A DNA stretch of 64,000 nucleotides from Octopus vulgaris (GCA_951406725.2 OX597821.1:34844001-34908000), one strand, 5' to 3'; shown: positions 26,118 to 40,319, counted from the stretch's first letter. Numbers and translations: made by a program. The notes: a model not told the origin generated them from the sequence alone.

Positions 26118-26662
26118 CCATCCATTTATTCATTTATATATGTATGTATGTATGTATCTGCCTATGTATCTTTCAGTTTGCTTTTAGAAAACAGTATTTG
26201 AAACCAAGATCTAATATGTGCAATCACTGCAATACCATTTGCGTACAAAGTGTATTGCACTGATGGGTTACTGAGAGACAGATGGAGTTGGTATATAGAA
26301 GACACAAGAAATGAAGATGCTGGAAAAAAAAATAATAGAAAAATATTTATTCTGAACTGAAACAGATGTATCCTGAAGACGTGGCTTGTTATCTATTATA
26401 ACCCACTCAAAAGATCTTAGCGGTCACCTCTGGGTGCACCTGGGTGCAGTACGTGCTGGCAGGTCGAGACGTCGGTTTTCCTAATTCGACCTAATCAGTG
26501 ATTACTCATAATGTGTGGGCGAAAATCCCAAATGTTTCTCATTGTTTGTTTTCTGATTAAATTGCAGCTTGTTTTAATTAATGTTTGTTTTATTTATATT
26601 TGCGTAATTAATTGTGCTTTTATATTTTTAAACTTGTATCCTCTTTAATTGTATCTTATATA

Positions 26663-26895
26663 TATTTCTTTACTACCCACAAGGGGCTAAACATAGAGGG
26701 GACAAACAAGGACAGACAAAGGGATTAAGTCGATTACATCGACCCCAGTGCGAAACTGGTACTTTATTTATCGACCCTGAAAGGATGAAAGGCAAAGTCG
26801 ACCTCGGCGGAATTCGAACTCAGAACGTAACGACAGACGAAATACCGCTAAGCATTTCGCCCTGCGCGCTAACGTTTCTGCCAGCTCACCGCCTT
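26663..26895 (-). mobile_element. SINE family B, full length
   Basis: Complete copy flanked by an attgtatcttat duplication. Confidence 0.9.
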
Positions 26896-27044
26896 ATTGT
26901 ATCTTATTGTATCTTATATAACTTGCGCTGTCCCACCGAACTTGTAGTTTTAATATGTGTTTCAAGGTCCTTTGTGTTTTATATCATTTCATACTCTTTG
27001 AGGTTAATGAACAAACGTTTACTGTTATTATCATGAAATTTAAC

Positions 27045-27500
27045 TCAGCCAGCCGGCAGAATCATTAGCGCTCTGGGCAAAATACTTAGCGGTATTTCAT
27101 TTCTCTTTACGATCTGAGTTCAAATACTGCCGAGGTCAGCTTTGCCTTTCTTCCTTTTCGAGGTTTACAAAATAAGTAACAGTTGCGTACTAGAGTCGAT
27201 GTAGACGATTTGCTTCCCTTCCCCGAAACTTACTGCCCTTGTGCCAAAATTTGAAACCATTATTATCTTGAAATTTAAGCCGACAAGCTAGCAGAACCGT
27301 TAGCACGCCAGGCAAAATGCTTAGCGGCAAAATGCTTTACGTCTGCGATCTGGCAAAATCATTTGCGCTACAGACAAAGTGCTTGGTGGTTCTTCTTCCG
27401 GTTCTCAAAGTTCTGAATTCAATTCCCGCTGCGGGGAACTTTACATTTCATCGCTCTATCGTCGATAAAATAAAACACTAGGATCGATTTAATCGATTGA
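27045..27500 (+). mobile_element. Diverged SINE family B copies
   Basis: ggcagaatcattagcgc...ctgagttcaaatactgccgaggtc; a second degenerate copy follows. Confidence 0.7.
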
Positions 27501-27618
27501 AAGAATGTAAGGTCGCGAGGTGGTACGATCGTTTCTATGTTTGAACAACATTTGATGCCTTGTGCTTCAAGTAGAAAGGATCATTATTATTATCATTATT
27601 ATTATTATTATTATTATT

Positions 27619-27925
27619 GAGTGAGAGTGCAGTGCATGCCATCAAAGTGACACTGGGGTAAAATATACGAAGCCCAGTATACCCATCATGACTACCCGTC
27701 TGATAAGGGTACACCAGGCACATGCATCCCAACCACATGTGTGCGACATGGTGATCTCATATCAAGATAGACAGCACATGATCTTGCAGGTGGGGCCCAG
27801 TAAGAATTTTCTTCTGGTCGAGTAACCCATCCCGCTCAAAAGGTTCCTGAATAAGGGTTGTTTAAGGATGTTGAATGAAACACCCATGTTTCCAGAGGTG
27901 AATTATTCAAACCTCAAAGAATCCC

Positions 27926-27926
<1 letters not shown>
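27619..27926. mobile_element. Unclassified ~310-bp insert within (ATT)n
   Basis: Unique sequence flanked on both sides by (ATT)n; non-coding; possibly the UTR of a (TAA)n-targeting retroelement. Confidence 0.4.
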
Positions 27927-27972
<46 letters not shown>

Positions 27973-27977
27973 GTTAT

Positions 27978-28192
27978 TAAGGCGGAGAACTGGCAGCAAT
28001 GCTGGCACGCTGGAGGAAATGCTTAGCGGTAATTCATCTGTCTTTACGTTCTGAGTTCAAATTCCCCCGAGATCGACTTTGCCTTTCATCCTTTCGGGGT
28101 CGATAAATTAAGTAGCAGTGAAACACTGGGGTCGATGTAATCGACTACTCCCCTCCCCACAAATATGAGGTCTTCTGCCTCCAGTACAAAGG

Positions 28193-28195
<3 letters not shown>
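27978..28195 (+). mobile_element. SINE family B
   Basis: gactttgcctttcatcctttcggggtcgataaattaagtagcag core. Confidence 0.85.
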
Positions 28196-28258
<63 letters not shown>

Positions 28259-28464
28259 ACATTTATTTCACGTTATGTTGGAAATCAACTTGAGAATTCG
28301 CTTTGGTATAATATTTACTTTATAAAAGCCAGGATTTGTCAACTAAAACGTGTCAGTTTTGGTTGCTGTCGTGTCAAGGTTTTTAATTTAACTTACACTT
28401 GACTCTCGTCGTGCTGGCTGTGATCCTCTTTCACAATTTCCGGACAGAGAACAAACCGCGCGCC

Positions 28465-28511
<47 letters not shown>

Positions 28512-28969
28512 GCGCACGCACGCACACACAGAGGGGGCATTATAGAAAAATACTGCACACATTCCATATAATAGCGCTCACACGTCATAAAACACTATTA
28601 TAAAACAGTATTATAAAATACTGAGTTAACACATATATATTGCATCATAAAACGTATGATACACATACACACAAGCAGCAGAAGATACGAACAAAAACAC
28701 AAACAACAACAACAAAAACAACACAATAACAAGGACACACATAAACACACTCATATAAACAACACCGTACAAAAAAATAAAGATAACAAAAATACAAAGT
28801 TCAACAAAATTCAGCAAATTTCAACAAAAAACAATGCAATGTAAAGATAAAATTTCTCGTCCAAAGCCAATTACATAATTATGCACCACACACACACACG
28901 CGCGCGTGTGTGTCTGTCTCTATGTGTGTATATATGCGTGCATCTGTGTGTGTCTATGTATGTGTGTGA

Positions 28970-29003
<34 letters not shown>

Positions 29004-29023
29004 CCTTATATGTATATATATTC

Positions 29024-29079
<56 letters not shown>

Positions 29080-29091
29080 CACATATGCATG

Positions 29092-29122
<31 letters not shown>

Positions 29123-29205
29123 TCACAAGGCCCGAAATTTTGGGGAGGGGGCCCAGTCGATTAGATCGACCCCATTACGCAACTGATACTAAATTTATCG
29201 ACTCC

Positions 29206-29244
<39 letters not shown>

Positions 29245-29280
29245 TATTATTATTGATATTGATATATATATATATATATA

Positions 29281-29329
<49 letters not shown>

Positions 29330-29347
29330 TATATGCATATATATGTG

Positions 29348-29378
<31 letters not shown>

Positions 29379-29383
29379 CCATA

Positions 29384-29437
<54 letters not shown>

Positions 29438-29984
29438 TGTGTGCGTGCGTATATATATAATATACACCCACACATATATACTAATGCGTGTATATATGTT
29501 TTGTGTGAGGGTATGCATGTGTGTGTGTGTGTGTGTATATATATACACACACATATATTTATGCTAAAGATTTATGATATGGAGTAGGGTTTTGTGGAAG
29601 ATAATAGGGTTCACAGCACTCTATCATCGAAGCCTGCCTGTTTAATGGGACTAGTTTCCGGTTTAAAGGGAAGTCAGCAGGTGTTTGTCATTTATCAAGA
29701 TTATATTCTAAACAACTCCAGGCCTCATAACAACATCCTTTTTTACTTGAGCTAACTGTTGATTCACCGTCTAGATTACATCACACGCCACAACACTGCG
29801 TTATCGCCAGTGATTCTGCTAACGCTTGGCTGCAGTGAAGTATGCTCGCAGGCGTGCTAGCCTTTCCGCCTGTCCGTCTCCTTGTGTGTCTGCCTACTTG
29901 CCTGTATATCTGATCGCATCCTTGCGCGTGTAATGATTTGAATAAGTGTGTGTGTATTTGCACGCGTGTATGTGTCTGAGATAG

Positions 29985-30029
<45 letters not shown>

Positions 30030-30184
30030 AACATAAAGAGGGAGACAGAGATAAACAGAAAGAGAGGGAGAGTGGCTTCAAATCGCTCTTGCGTGGGGGC
30101 TTCTTACACACTTTCAAATCATTTCTTACTGCTCTGCCTCGTGTGGGCAGAGTTAGTAGAAGTAGTATTAAAATAATGGTGATG

Positions 30185-30218
<34 letters not shown>

Positions 30219-32299
30219 CAGTAGCAACAGCAGTACATGTTTCTTTGATCTCAAGTGAACCCTAAGCGTGTAGGCCTATGATCAAAAGTATTTCAGTCGA
30301 GAGCATTTCGTCTCCCACCCCTAGTCACAAATCATTTGACTGTGATATAAAGGATATTTGGCCGCAATTTCTCCGACGTTTAGCCACTGCGTATCGATTC
30401 CCCTACGTGTGTCATTCTCGTATTTTTTTCTGTTTGCCTGCCACTTTTCAATTTCTTTAATATTGTTCCAATTGATTTCAAACTTATTAGTGTATTAGTG
30501 TACTTTTGTATATTCATCATTGATATGAAATTCATTTTCGCCATAATTCAAAAAACAGTTAATAGCTTTTAAAGTTTTCAAATTTTGGTTGGTTTTAGCC
30601 AATCAAAACCTGCAGATATATAGGTGCCTGTTTCCAGAGTAACAAGCCAAGCGTTGGGACCTCTCCTGTATAAAACACACTTGTTTATGAAAAATATTTC
30701 ATTGGTTTACAGTTTGTTTTTTTCTGCTCTTAAAACTACAAAATGTAGTGTTTTTTTTAGGATTAAATGCATACTGAATGCTTAAAACTACAAAATATGT
30801 GTTGTATATTATGATAGCTTCCAACTCCGGCTTTCGGACTGAGTAAAAATTCTCATTTCTTCAAACTTCTGTAACCTTTTTTCAAATATTTTTCTGGCAC
30901 AAGTGAATTACGCCCCGAGATTCAGCGTGGAAAATTATATCAATACACCAAATTTTGAAATTTTCACTTCATTTTAAAATTTCAAGAAGTGCAACCAAAT
31001 AGAAAAGATCATTGTTCTCTGCTCTTACCGTTCGGTCAATCCACCTTACTGGAAAGAAGATAAACAAAGTGGACTCAGAAAGAATTTGTAGACGTCAAAA
31101 GGGTGTAAGACATGTTCTTAGCTCTAATAACTTGGCCAAATCGTCTCTTAACGAAATTGAGAATTAGAATAAGAAAATATTTCTAAGATGTTAATATATA
31201 CGTGATATGGTGGTCTCGGTGTTGGAGGTAACGGGGATTTATCTCCTCGCAAGCGATATAAACGACGTACATTTCGCACAAAAAAGCCAATATGGGATCT
31301 TCTCTCGCGATAATTAACGCAGTATAGTTTGTTCTTATGGAACATCCAAGTTTAAGTGAGGATAAATATTAGCAAACTGAGAGGTGTATTCGGCAATCAG
31401 AACAAGAATGTCTCTCTCTCAAGTGAGGTCAGTTGATTAAGGAACAAAGTTCCACACCAACACAAAAACAGAAACGCTTTTTTGAGTACTCCCAATAAAA
31501 ACTCAATACAACAGAATATGACGAGTGGAAAAACAGTAGAAAATTTGACACATTAGAGTACTCATGAATCAACGGATGATCCGATATTTAAAGGAGGTGT
31601 TAGTGGCAACCAAATCCCTAAAAGGTAGAAAGGCACGAGTTACGGACGGGAACCACTCCTATAATTGTCGGTTTGTTTTCTGAGAACGTATGATTGAATG
31701 TATGTTCGTATGTATCCCTCACTCCATTTATATGTATGTATGCATATATCTATATATGCATACATACAAGCATATATATATATATATACATATATATATG
31801 GGTATATATAGGTATATAAAGAACATAAGACAGCCCGGTCCGGGATCGAACTCACAACCTCATGATTGTGAGCCCGACGCTCTAACCACAGTTAAGCGCC
31901 TTCACAATTGCATGCCTATATAAAATACATATATGTATGTTGTGGGTGTAGATAAACGGTCTTATGCTGGCAGGAGTTGATATGCAACTTTGTAGGTGAT
32001 CTCTTACATTTGTGTGTGCGTGTGTGTGTGTGCTTGTGTTCATGAGTGTGTCGTGTTATGCAAAAGTATATAAATATGAACGTGGTAAAGGTTGTTTTAG
32101 TGTAAAGATAAACGTCGAGAATTCTTTGAAATTTGGCATGCAGCCAACTAGAACGCTCTCCTCATTCCAAGAGAGGAAAGAGATTGCGATCGAAGCACGC
32201 TTGTATACGATAACTACACACGCATGCACGCACGTACACACACACATGTATACATATATAGATATAGATACATATATATCCATAATCTATATATAAGAG

Positions 32300-32339
<40 letters not shown>

Positions 32340-32436
32340 GTAATTAAGGGATCTGTGTATATATTAATATATATGTATGTATATATATATACATATATAA
32401 ATATATATATATGTGTATATATACACACACACACAC

Positions 32437-32473
<37 letters not shown>

Positions 32474-32478
32474 TATAT

Positions 32479-33982
32479 AAATCCTTAAATCCTTAAAAAT
32501 GTTTTAGCCCGAAGGCCGCGGCCATGCTGGGGCACCACCGCTGAATGAGCTACACTAGTTTGTGAATCCACCTCTGATACGTGGCACTTGATCAACAAGG
32601 GAGTTCGATGCTGCTGCCCGCATCCGTGTCTCCTGTCGTGAGGTAGGTTCATCTGGGACTCCCAACAAGAAGAGATCCAGTTTAGTTTTAAAGAAACCCA
32701 CATCCACACCATGTAAGTCTCTCAGACATTTAGGGAGGATGTTAAAGAGCTGTGGTCCTCTGAAACCCAAGCTGTTGCAGTATCTGGACCTGTATTTTGA
32801 TGGTGATGTTGGAATCCTTGGCACCACGCAGCGGCGCCCGTTCTGCGGTTGGAGTAACTTTGAATGCCAAAGTTTGGGACAAGACCCTCCAGGATTTTCC
32901 AGATGTATATCACTGCATATCTCTCCCGCCTCCGCTCCAGGGAGAAGAGGTTTAATACCTTCAGTCTTTCCCAGTAGCTGACATTTTGCATTGAGACGAT
33001 TTTCTTTGTGTAGCTTCTCTGAGTTGCTTCGAGTTCTGCTGTTTGTTTTATATTGTGTGGTGACCAAAGTTGGGAGCAGTAGTCCAAGCGGCTGAGGACA
33101 AATGTTTTCCATAGGACCATCAGTGTCTCCTTCTCTCTTGTTCTGAAAGTTCGGAGAATCCATCCAGCTAGCCGTCTGCATTTTATCACCAGATTAGCAA
33201 TATGCATTTGGAAAGATGCATCATTGCTCATGTCAATGCCCAGGTCACGCACTGATTTTGACTCAGGGATTGCAATTCTTCCTGGGCCAGTGTATCCAGT
33301 CTTCACGTCATTTACCTTTGTGTGCCAGTAGCGCAGGGCCTGGAACTTACCTGCATTAAACTGCATGTTGTTGTCCTCAGCCCACCTGTATATTGTGTCC
33401 AGCTCATGTTGCAGATGCGCAATATTTTCAGGGTTTTGTATTGCGTGGGAGACTTTTGTGTCATCTGCATAGCTAGCAAGGGTGGTCATCGTAGCAACTG
33501 AAGGCATGTCTGAAAGGGCCACTATGAACATCAGTGGCCCCAAGACAGTGCCCTGTGGGACACCGCTTGTTATTTGCGTTTCCCTGGAGGTGGCTCCATT
33601 GCTCACAACTGCCTGTTTTCTGTCTTTTAGGAAGTTGTGCAGCCACTCTCCAAGTTTCCCGCCTATGCCGAGACCACGCAGTTTGTGACAGATCATACCA
33701 TGGTCGACTTTATCAAAGGCTTTTGCAAAGTCAAGATATATTACATCCACATTTGAGCCATTTAGTAGCTGTTCCAACACCCAGTCATAGTGTTGCAGGA
33801 GCTGTGTTAGGCAGCCTCTACCTGGTCGAAATCCATGCTGGGTGTCAGACAGTAAGTCATTTTCTTCAAGGAACATGATTAGTTTCTTACGTTCCATGAC
33901 TTTGCTGATGTGTGAGGTCAGAGAGATAGGCCTATAATTTTTAGCATCTGCTCTGCTACCTCCCTTATGGATAGGGCATATT
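32479..33982 (-). mobile_element. 5'-truncated CR1-type LINE inserted in a (TA)n microsatellite
   Basis: RT ORF2 remnant, short 3' UTR with a stem-loop, and a (tttaagga) repeat tail. Confidence 0.92.
32555..33982 (-). pseudogene. LINE ORF2 reverse transcriptase, truncated, frameshift near 32845
   Basis: [61 protein letters not shown]; C-terminus [23 protein letters not shown] is in the second frame. Confidence 0.95.
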
Positions 33983-33986
33983 ATAC

Positions 33987-34017
<31 letters not shown>

Positions 34018-34070
34018 CATATATATACACACAAAGATAGATATATATACATATATATACACACACACAG

Positions 34071-34125
<55 letters not shown>

Positions 34126-34222
34126 CATATATATATATATATACATATATATACATACATATATATACATATATATACACACAAAGATAGATATATATAT
34201 ACATATATATACACACACACAG

Positions 34223-34259
<37 letters not shown>

Positions 34260-34274
34260 TATATATATATATAT

Positions 34275-34307
<33 letters not shown>

Positions 34308-34320
34308 TATATATACATAC

Positions 34321-34355
<35 letters not shown>

Positions 34356-34520
34356 CATATATATACATATATATATATACATATATAAATATATATATAT
34401 ACATATACATATACATATATATATATACATATATATATATTCATATACATATATATACATATATATATATATTCATATATACATATACACATATATATAT
34501 ATTCATATATATATATGCAT
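33983..34520. repeat. Compound (TA)/(TACA) microsatellite
   Basis: Directly visible; falsely extends the RT ORF at its N-terminus. Confidence 0.95.
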
Positions 34521-35044
34521 ATGAGAACATTTCTTGGTGGTGAGACCGTAGTGGATCTATTTCTAGCATATGGGTGTCCACATAGTGGTTTTCCCTCTAA
34601 TATATATATATAAAGCCGATTTGGAGCAAAACAGACGATGACAACAAGGAAAACAACAGCATCTTTGTCATTGTCTAATCTATTGGAAGTGAGAATCTCT
34701 TAGACCGGGATTATGTCTTAGTTCGTCCATATGTATATCACAATTCAGTTCACTTAAAAAGAAGTCAAAGCGAGAAAGTTTACCCGCCTAGTTCGATGCT
34801 AGCTCCGGCTTATTTCATTTACACTGCACATTCCCAATAATTCGCTTCCCCTTCTCTATAGCTAACAAAGTTAAAAAACATTAATCGTTGCTAAATACTT
34901 TCCGATCACAAAAGGTCAAGCAACTGTCCCCGCATTTATTGTATTAATGCGGTGGGAGGAAGTAACGTTTGTGAGATGTCTTCAACCCTATGACATGTGC
35001 GGATACCGTTCTTGTTCTCTCCTGTTGATGTGATAAACATCCTA

Positions 35045-35281
35045 TTTCTTTACTACCCACAAGGGGCTAAACACAGAGAAGACAAACAAGGACAGACAAA
35101 CGGATTAAGTCGATTATATCGACCCCAGTGCGTAACTGGTACTTAATTTATCGACCCCGAAAGGATGAAAGGCAAAGTCGACCTCGGAGTCGGAATTTTG
35201 ATCTCAGGAACTAAAGAGCCAAAAGAAATGCTTAGCAGCATTTCGCCCGGCGTGCTAACGATTCTGCCAGCTCGCCGCCTT
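35045..35281 (-). mobile_element. SINE family B with a 16-bp TSD
   Basis: TSD tgtgataaacatccta at 35029-35044 and 35282-35297. Confidence 0.93.
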
Positions 35282-35624
35282 TGTGATAAACATCCTAGAG
35301 CAGGAAATATTCAGCTGTCGCCAACAGCAGTGACCGGGTTTTTCTTCGTGATATACAACCGAAGACGGAAGCTCTACGGCCAACAATCAACAACCTTTTA
35401 AAACTCACCTACCGACCACTAATGGTCTTTTAGCAACGCCCCACCCCCATGATCTAAAAGAACGAAAATCAAAATCAAACAAACAAAATCATAAAACAAC
35501 CCTAAACAGGAATTTATTTTAACCAAACAGAAATTCATTTTGTGCAGTGTTTCATTAATCTCTTTTTTATTTATTATCTCATCCTTCATGGAAACGTTTT
35601 TACATAAATGTGTAGACTAGAGTA

Positions 35625-35835
35625 AGGGTAAAAGACCCCCTTCAGTCATGAATGACAATGGGATGCCACCTAGAAAGTTCCCCTCTCAGGCACAAGCCTG
35701 GGCAAGGTTGTTTTCTGGAAGATCAGTAGTCGTTCATGCATACCAGCCTCTCCTCTCCACACCACCGATGTTATCCAAGAGAAAGGTAAAGACCGATACA
35801 GCTTGGCACCAGTGACGTCCCAAATCATTTCTACA
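35625..35835 (-). mobile_element. SINE 3' fragment (tail shared with 20230-20420)
   Basis: catgcataccagcctctcctctcca...ccgatacagcttggcaccagtgac. Confidence 0.7.
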
Positions 35836-36327
35836 ATAAGATTGCTATGACTGGAATGCTTGACCAGAACTCACCGGGGTAGGAGTAGTAAACAACGATA
35901 ACAACAACAAAAGCAGTAGCAACTGCAAAAACACCCTGCATCATAACTTCTCGATACGTATTGTATCAAGTAATAATCAGTTTTATTAAAGTGGACACAA
36001 CCATAATTGATGCTGGAAGTCAAGATATTTTAATTAGCGAATTACTGCAAAAGTAATAAAGAGAATCTGTTATTCAAATGACTAAAATGGTGGGCTAGTA
36101 CAATAGTTAGTGCTCTGAACAAAATACTTAGCAGGATTTCTTCCGGCTCGCCGAGGTACAACCTTTTCCGGGCCTTTCCGGGGTTGGTAAACACCTAAAG
36201 TACCACGCGGCTCCGAGCAGATAATGGTGGAACTTTTGCTGACTCTTTCGCCCCCAGACTTGTCTCTCCTCTTTCCTCCTGCATCTGGCAGCTCACCTGC
36301 GACGGACCGGCGTCCCGTGGGCGGGCG

Positions 36328-36511
36328 TCTTCTACTATAGCTTCGGATGGACCAAAGCCTAGTGAGTGGATTTGGTTGACGGAAACTGAAAGAAGTCCGT
36401 CATATATATATATATATGTATGTATGTATATTTATATATATATATATATTTATAACTTATAAAATAAGGGCAAAAGAAATTTTTTTAGAAGTATATTTAT
36501 TTATATATATT

Positions 36512-36576
<65 letters not shown>

Positions 36577-37140
36577 GTGTCTGTGTTTGTTCCCCACCAC
36601 AGCTTGACAACTGCTGTTGCCGTGTTTACGTATCCGTAACTTACCAGTTCGGCAAACTTCACAGATTAAATAAGTACCAGTTAGGCACTGGGGTCGATAT
36701 AATCGACTTAATCCGTTTGTCTGTCCTTGTTTGTCCCCTCTGAGTGTAGCCTCTTGTGAGCAGTAAAGAAAATAAGAAACGTTAGCACGCCGGGTGAAAT
36801 GCCCAGCAGTATTTCGTCTGCCTTCACGTCCTGAGTTCAAATTCCGTTGAGGTCGACTTTATTTTTCATCCTTCAGGGTCGATAAATTAATTGTAGCTGC
36901 GTACTGGGGTCGATATAATCGACTGGCTCCCGCCCCCCAAATTTCGGGCCTTGTGCCTAGAGTAGAAAAGAATCGTTAGTGCATCGGAGAAACTGCTTAG
37001 TGGCATTTCTTTCGGATTTTTACGTTTTTTACATCCTCTCGAGGCGGGGGATCGATAAAATGAAGCTCCAATTGAAACCCGGAGGTTAACGTAATCAACC
37101 ATCTCACATTCGCCCAACTAGCTGACCCTGTTCAAAAAAT
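36328..37140 (+). mobile_element. SINE A fragment fused to a chain of SINE B copies
   Basis: SINE A body to ~36660, then three partial B units, each ending in a different tail variant. Confidence 0.8.
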
Positions 37141-37357
37141 TTGAAACAAATACCTGACTGATTTGGGGCAAGAAAGTCAAGGGAGACAACCGCCAGAATT
37201 TAAGGTGCTTAAAATGAATTAAAAATTAAAATGTAGTGAAAGGAGACTTTTATCTTTAGGACATTCGGTTACCATAGCAACTTATGCAGTTATTTTCTTT
37301 GTCGGTTACCTAGTCCCAGGATTCTGATTTCTGATTTCAATTCTCAGTTTTAATTGT

Positions 37358-38050
37358 TTATAATTTTGGCACGAGACCAGCAGTTTCGAGGAAGGGGTTA
37401 AGTCGATTACATCAATCCTTGTGCTCAACTGGTATTTATTTGATCGACCCTGAAAAGAATGAAAGACAAAGTTGAACTTGGCAGAATTTGAGCTTAGAAC
37501 GTAAAGGAAGAAATGTCGCCAAACATTTTTTCCGGTGCCGTAACGATTCTGCCAGCTCATCACTTATTCTCAGATATAATTTACCACGTAATACTAATGT
37601 CAGTGAAACACATCAGGAGAGAAACTTGCTCACCGTCTCAATTCCGCTATCTTATCTCTACGAACATTGGCATCTTAGGGAACAAAACCACAAAAAACAT
37701 GATTTCAATGATGGTAGATGCTGGTTTGGGATCGTAAAATACTCGATCCATCACTCAAGGTGGTTCCAGCCTTGACCCTTCCATCTGTTTTTTATTTTTC
37801 CAGACACTGTGCATCTAATATTACATTAAATAAAGGCGGCAAGCAGTCACAATCTTTACCATGTAGTGCAAAATCCTTAGCGTCACTTCGTCTGTCATTA
37901 CGTTCTGGGTTCAAATTCCTCCGAGGTCGACTTTGTCTTTCCTTCTTTTGGGGCCGGTAAAAATAGGTATCTGTTCAACACTGAGGTCGATGTAACCAAC
38001 TTACTCTACTCTTCTAAAATTGCTGGATTTGTACCAAAATCTGAGACTAA
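37358..38050. mobile_element. Divergent SINE B pair (37358-37565 minus; 37832-38050 plus)
   Basis: Family B cores in opposite orientation. Confidence 0.7.
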
Positions 38051-38147
38051 TTTTACATTAAATAGTAGAAAGTCCTACTGTGGTTGTGTAGCTTAAGTCC
38101 AATTAATCAGCCAGTTTATTATACTTTAATATGCGTTAATGCTCCGG

Positions 38148-38430
38148 TGAAGGCGCGTGGCTTAGTGGTTAGGGGTATTCTGCTCATGATCGTAAGGTCG
38201 TGAGTTCAGTTCCTGGCGACGCGTTGTATCCTTGGGCAAGACACCTTATTCCACATTGCTCCAGTCCACTCAGCTGTATTTCAAAGGTCCAGCCGTGTCA
38301 GATTCTGCGTCACGCTGAATCCCCTCAGAACTACTCGTGTCTGTGGAGTGCTCAGCCAGTTGCACGTCAATTTGGCGAGCAGGCTGTTCCATCCAACTGG
38401 AACCGACGTTGTCGTAACCAACGGAATGTC
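38148..38430 (+). mobile_element. CORE-type SINE with a family C tail
   Basis: gaaggcgcgtggcttagtggttaggg head, ccttgggcaagacacc, tail gtctgtggagtgctcagcc. Confidence 0.8.
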
Positions 38431-38951
38431 ACAAAATGCTCCATCAATTCTCGAACCTTGCGCAGAGTTGATACCTTATATGCAGTATGACATACAGTGT
38501 ATGTCATACTGCATATAAGACAGAAAGTATATAAAACATTGACTATTATTACTTCTTCCAAAATCTCGCTTTTGAGAACGTGCATTATTTCTCAGCTGAA
38601 ATTTATCTAAAGCAACTTGGTTCCCATATCGCTGTTACTTGCAGATGATGAAAGAGAAGAAAAGCTTTATATTTATTTCAGCAAACTTCAGTTGTAATTT
38701 TGTCCGTGAAAATGCCGCTAGCGTTATGGTTTGTTTCAAGAATTAGTAATATCATCAGTGTATTCTAATTGTCTTTGTTTCTGGTAGTATATTATCAGCT
38801 GCAGTAATTCAGCAGCTGCTAGTTGCATCATTCCTATAATTATGTATCCTCAAAAGAGGACATTATTCTATTCTTTACTTAGTTTATTACAAATTTGCAT
38901 TTATGAGCAAAATCGGTGGAGCATCATGTGTATATGCTACAATGCAATATT

Positions 38952-39533
38952 GATTTCAAATATTGATACAAGGCCAGTAATTTCTGGGAGGAGGTAAGTC
39001 GATTACTTCGACCCCAGTGTTCAACTGGTACTTATTCTATCGACCCCGACAGGATGGAAGGTAAAGTCGACCATGGCGGAATTGGAACTCAGAATGTAAA
39101 GACGGACGAAATGCCGCTAAGTATTTTTCCCGACGCGGTAACAATTCTACCAGCTCGTCGTCTTTATGTTACAAAGCAATATTACTATATTCATTACGGC
39201 GGAGAGCTGCCTGTCATCCTTTTGGGGTCGATTAAATAAGTACCAGTTACGCGCTGGGTTTGATGTAATCGACTTAATCCCTTCCCCGAAATTTGAGGCC
39301 CTGTGCTTCCAGTAAAAAAGAATAATATTATATTCATTAGGGCGGCGAGCTGGCACGCCGGGGAAAATGCTTTGTAGTCTTTCTTCCGTCTTTACATTCT
39401 GAGTTTAAATTCCGTCGACTTTGCCTCTTATTCTTTCGGGGTCGATAAAATAAGTAGTTGTTGAACCCTGGGACGATGTAATCAACTTAACCCCTGCGCC
39501 GAAATCATTGCCCTTGTGTCAAAATTTGAAATC
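38952..39533. mobile_element. SINE B cluster (one minus copy, two plus copies)
   Basis: 38952-39163 minus; ~39200-39320 and ~39340-39533 plus. Confidence 0.8.
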
Positions 39534-40319
39534 AAAACTACTGCTTTCATTTAAGACTGCAGATTAACATAATCGGCAGTGTCAAGCATAGTATCTTGAA
39601 CCAGGGTTATCCTTGATTCCATTTTTGCTCCAGACATGGTGTATCAAGGAGTACAATACGCAAAATGTCCTTCATTTCTTGACAGTATGTGCGGTGGGAT
39701 TTGGGTTCCCGTTTCGTTGTTACTTGCAGATGATGAAAGAGAAGAATAGTTTCATATTTATTTCAGCAGGCCACAAATAATCTTTCCTCGTTTTCTAGTA
39801 CTTGTTGTGGTTTAATTTTAGGTCAATCCTAGTAAAAAAAAAATAAATATAAATAAAGAGCTACAATCAAATACTTTCCAGCTTTGACCACTGCATCTTT
39901 TTAGTGGTATTTAGGGCTACATTATCCAATGTGGTCATTCCAGAAGGACTTCCTTTTTAAGGCCTCCTTAGTTTCAGTATTGCTATCTATCGTCCTCCCA
40001 TTATTCTGTTATCACCCTCCCCCTCTCTTTTCCATTACACTCTTTCTTTCTCTCCCACCACACCACTGTTTGCATTCAGAACTAATTGTTGTGGAGCACC
40101 AGATCAGCTCTCACTGAGTACGTTTGTTATTAAAGTTTTTCTAACCGTGACCGTCAAAGTCTTTTCGTATACTTTGAACTATGTAATTATATGTAGCCAT
40201 ATCTCTTTTACGACAGCCAAAGATGATTTGAGGGAATTCGGCTGTTATTTTTAGTTGTTTATTGAGTATTGTTCTCAATGTTAGTTTGATGATGATGCAG
40301 CAGAGGCAATGTAAATACC

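Noticed and set aside
33345-33356. CAG|GTAAGT on the minus strand as a recursive site
   Set aside because: Inside LINE coding sequence (FNAGKF) with no polypyrimidine tract.
32722-34416. 564-aa ORF as an intact protein
   Set aside because: The first ~145 aa are microsatellite read-through; the RT lacks its endonuclease domain and is frameshifted.
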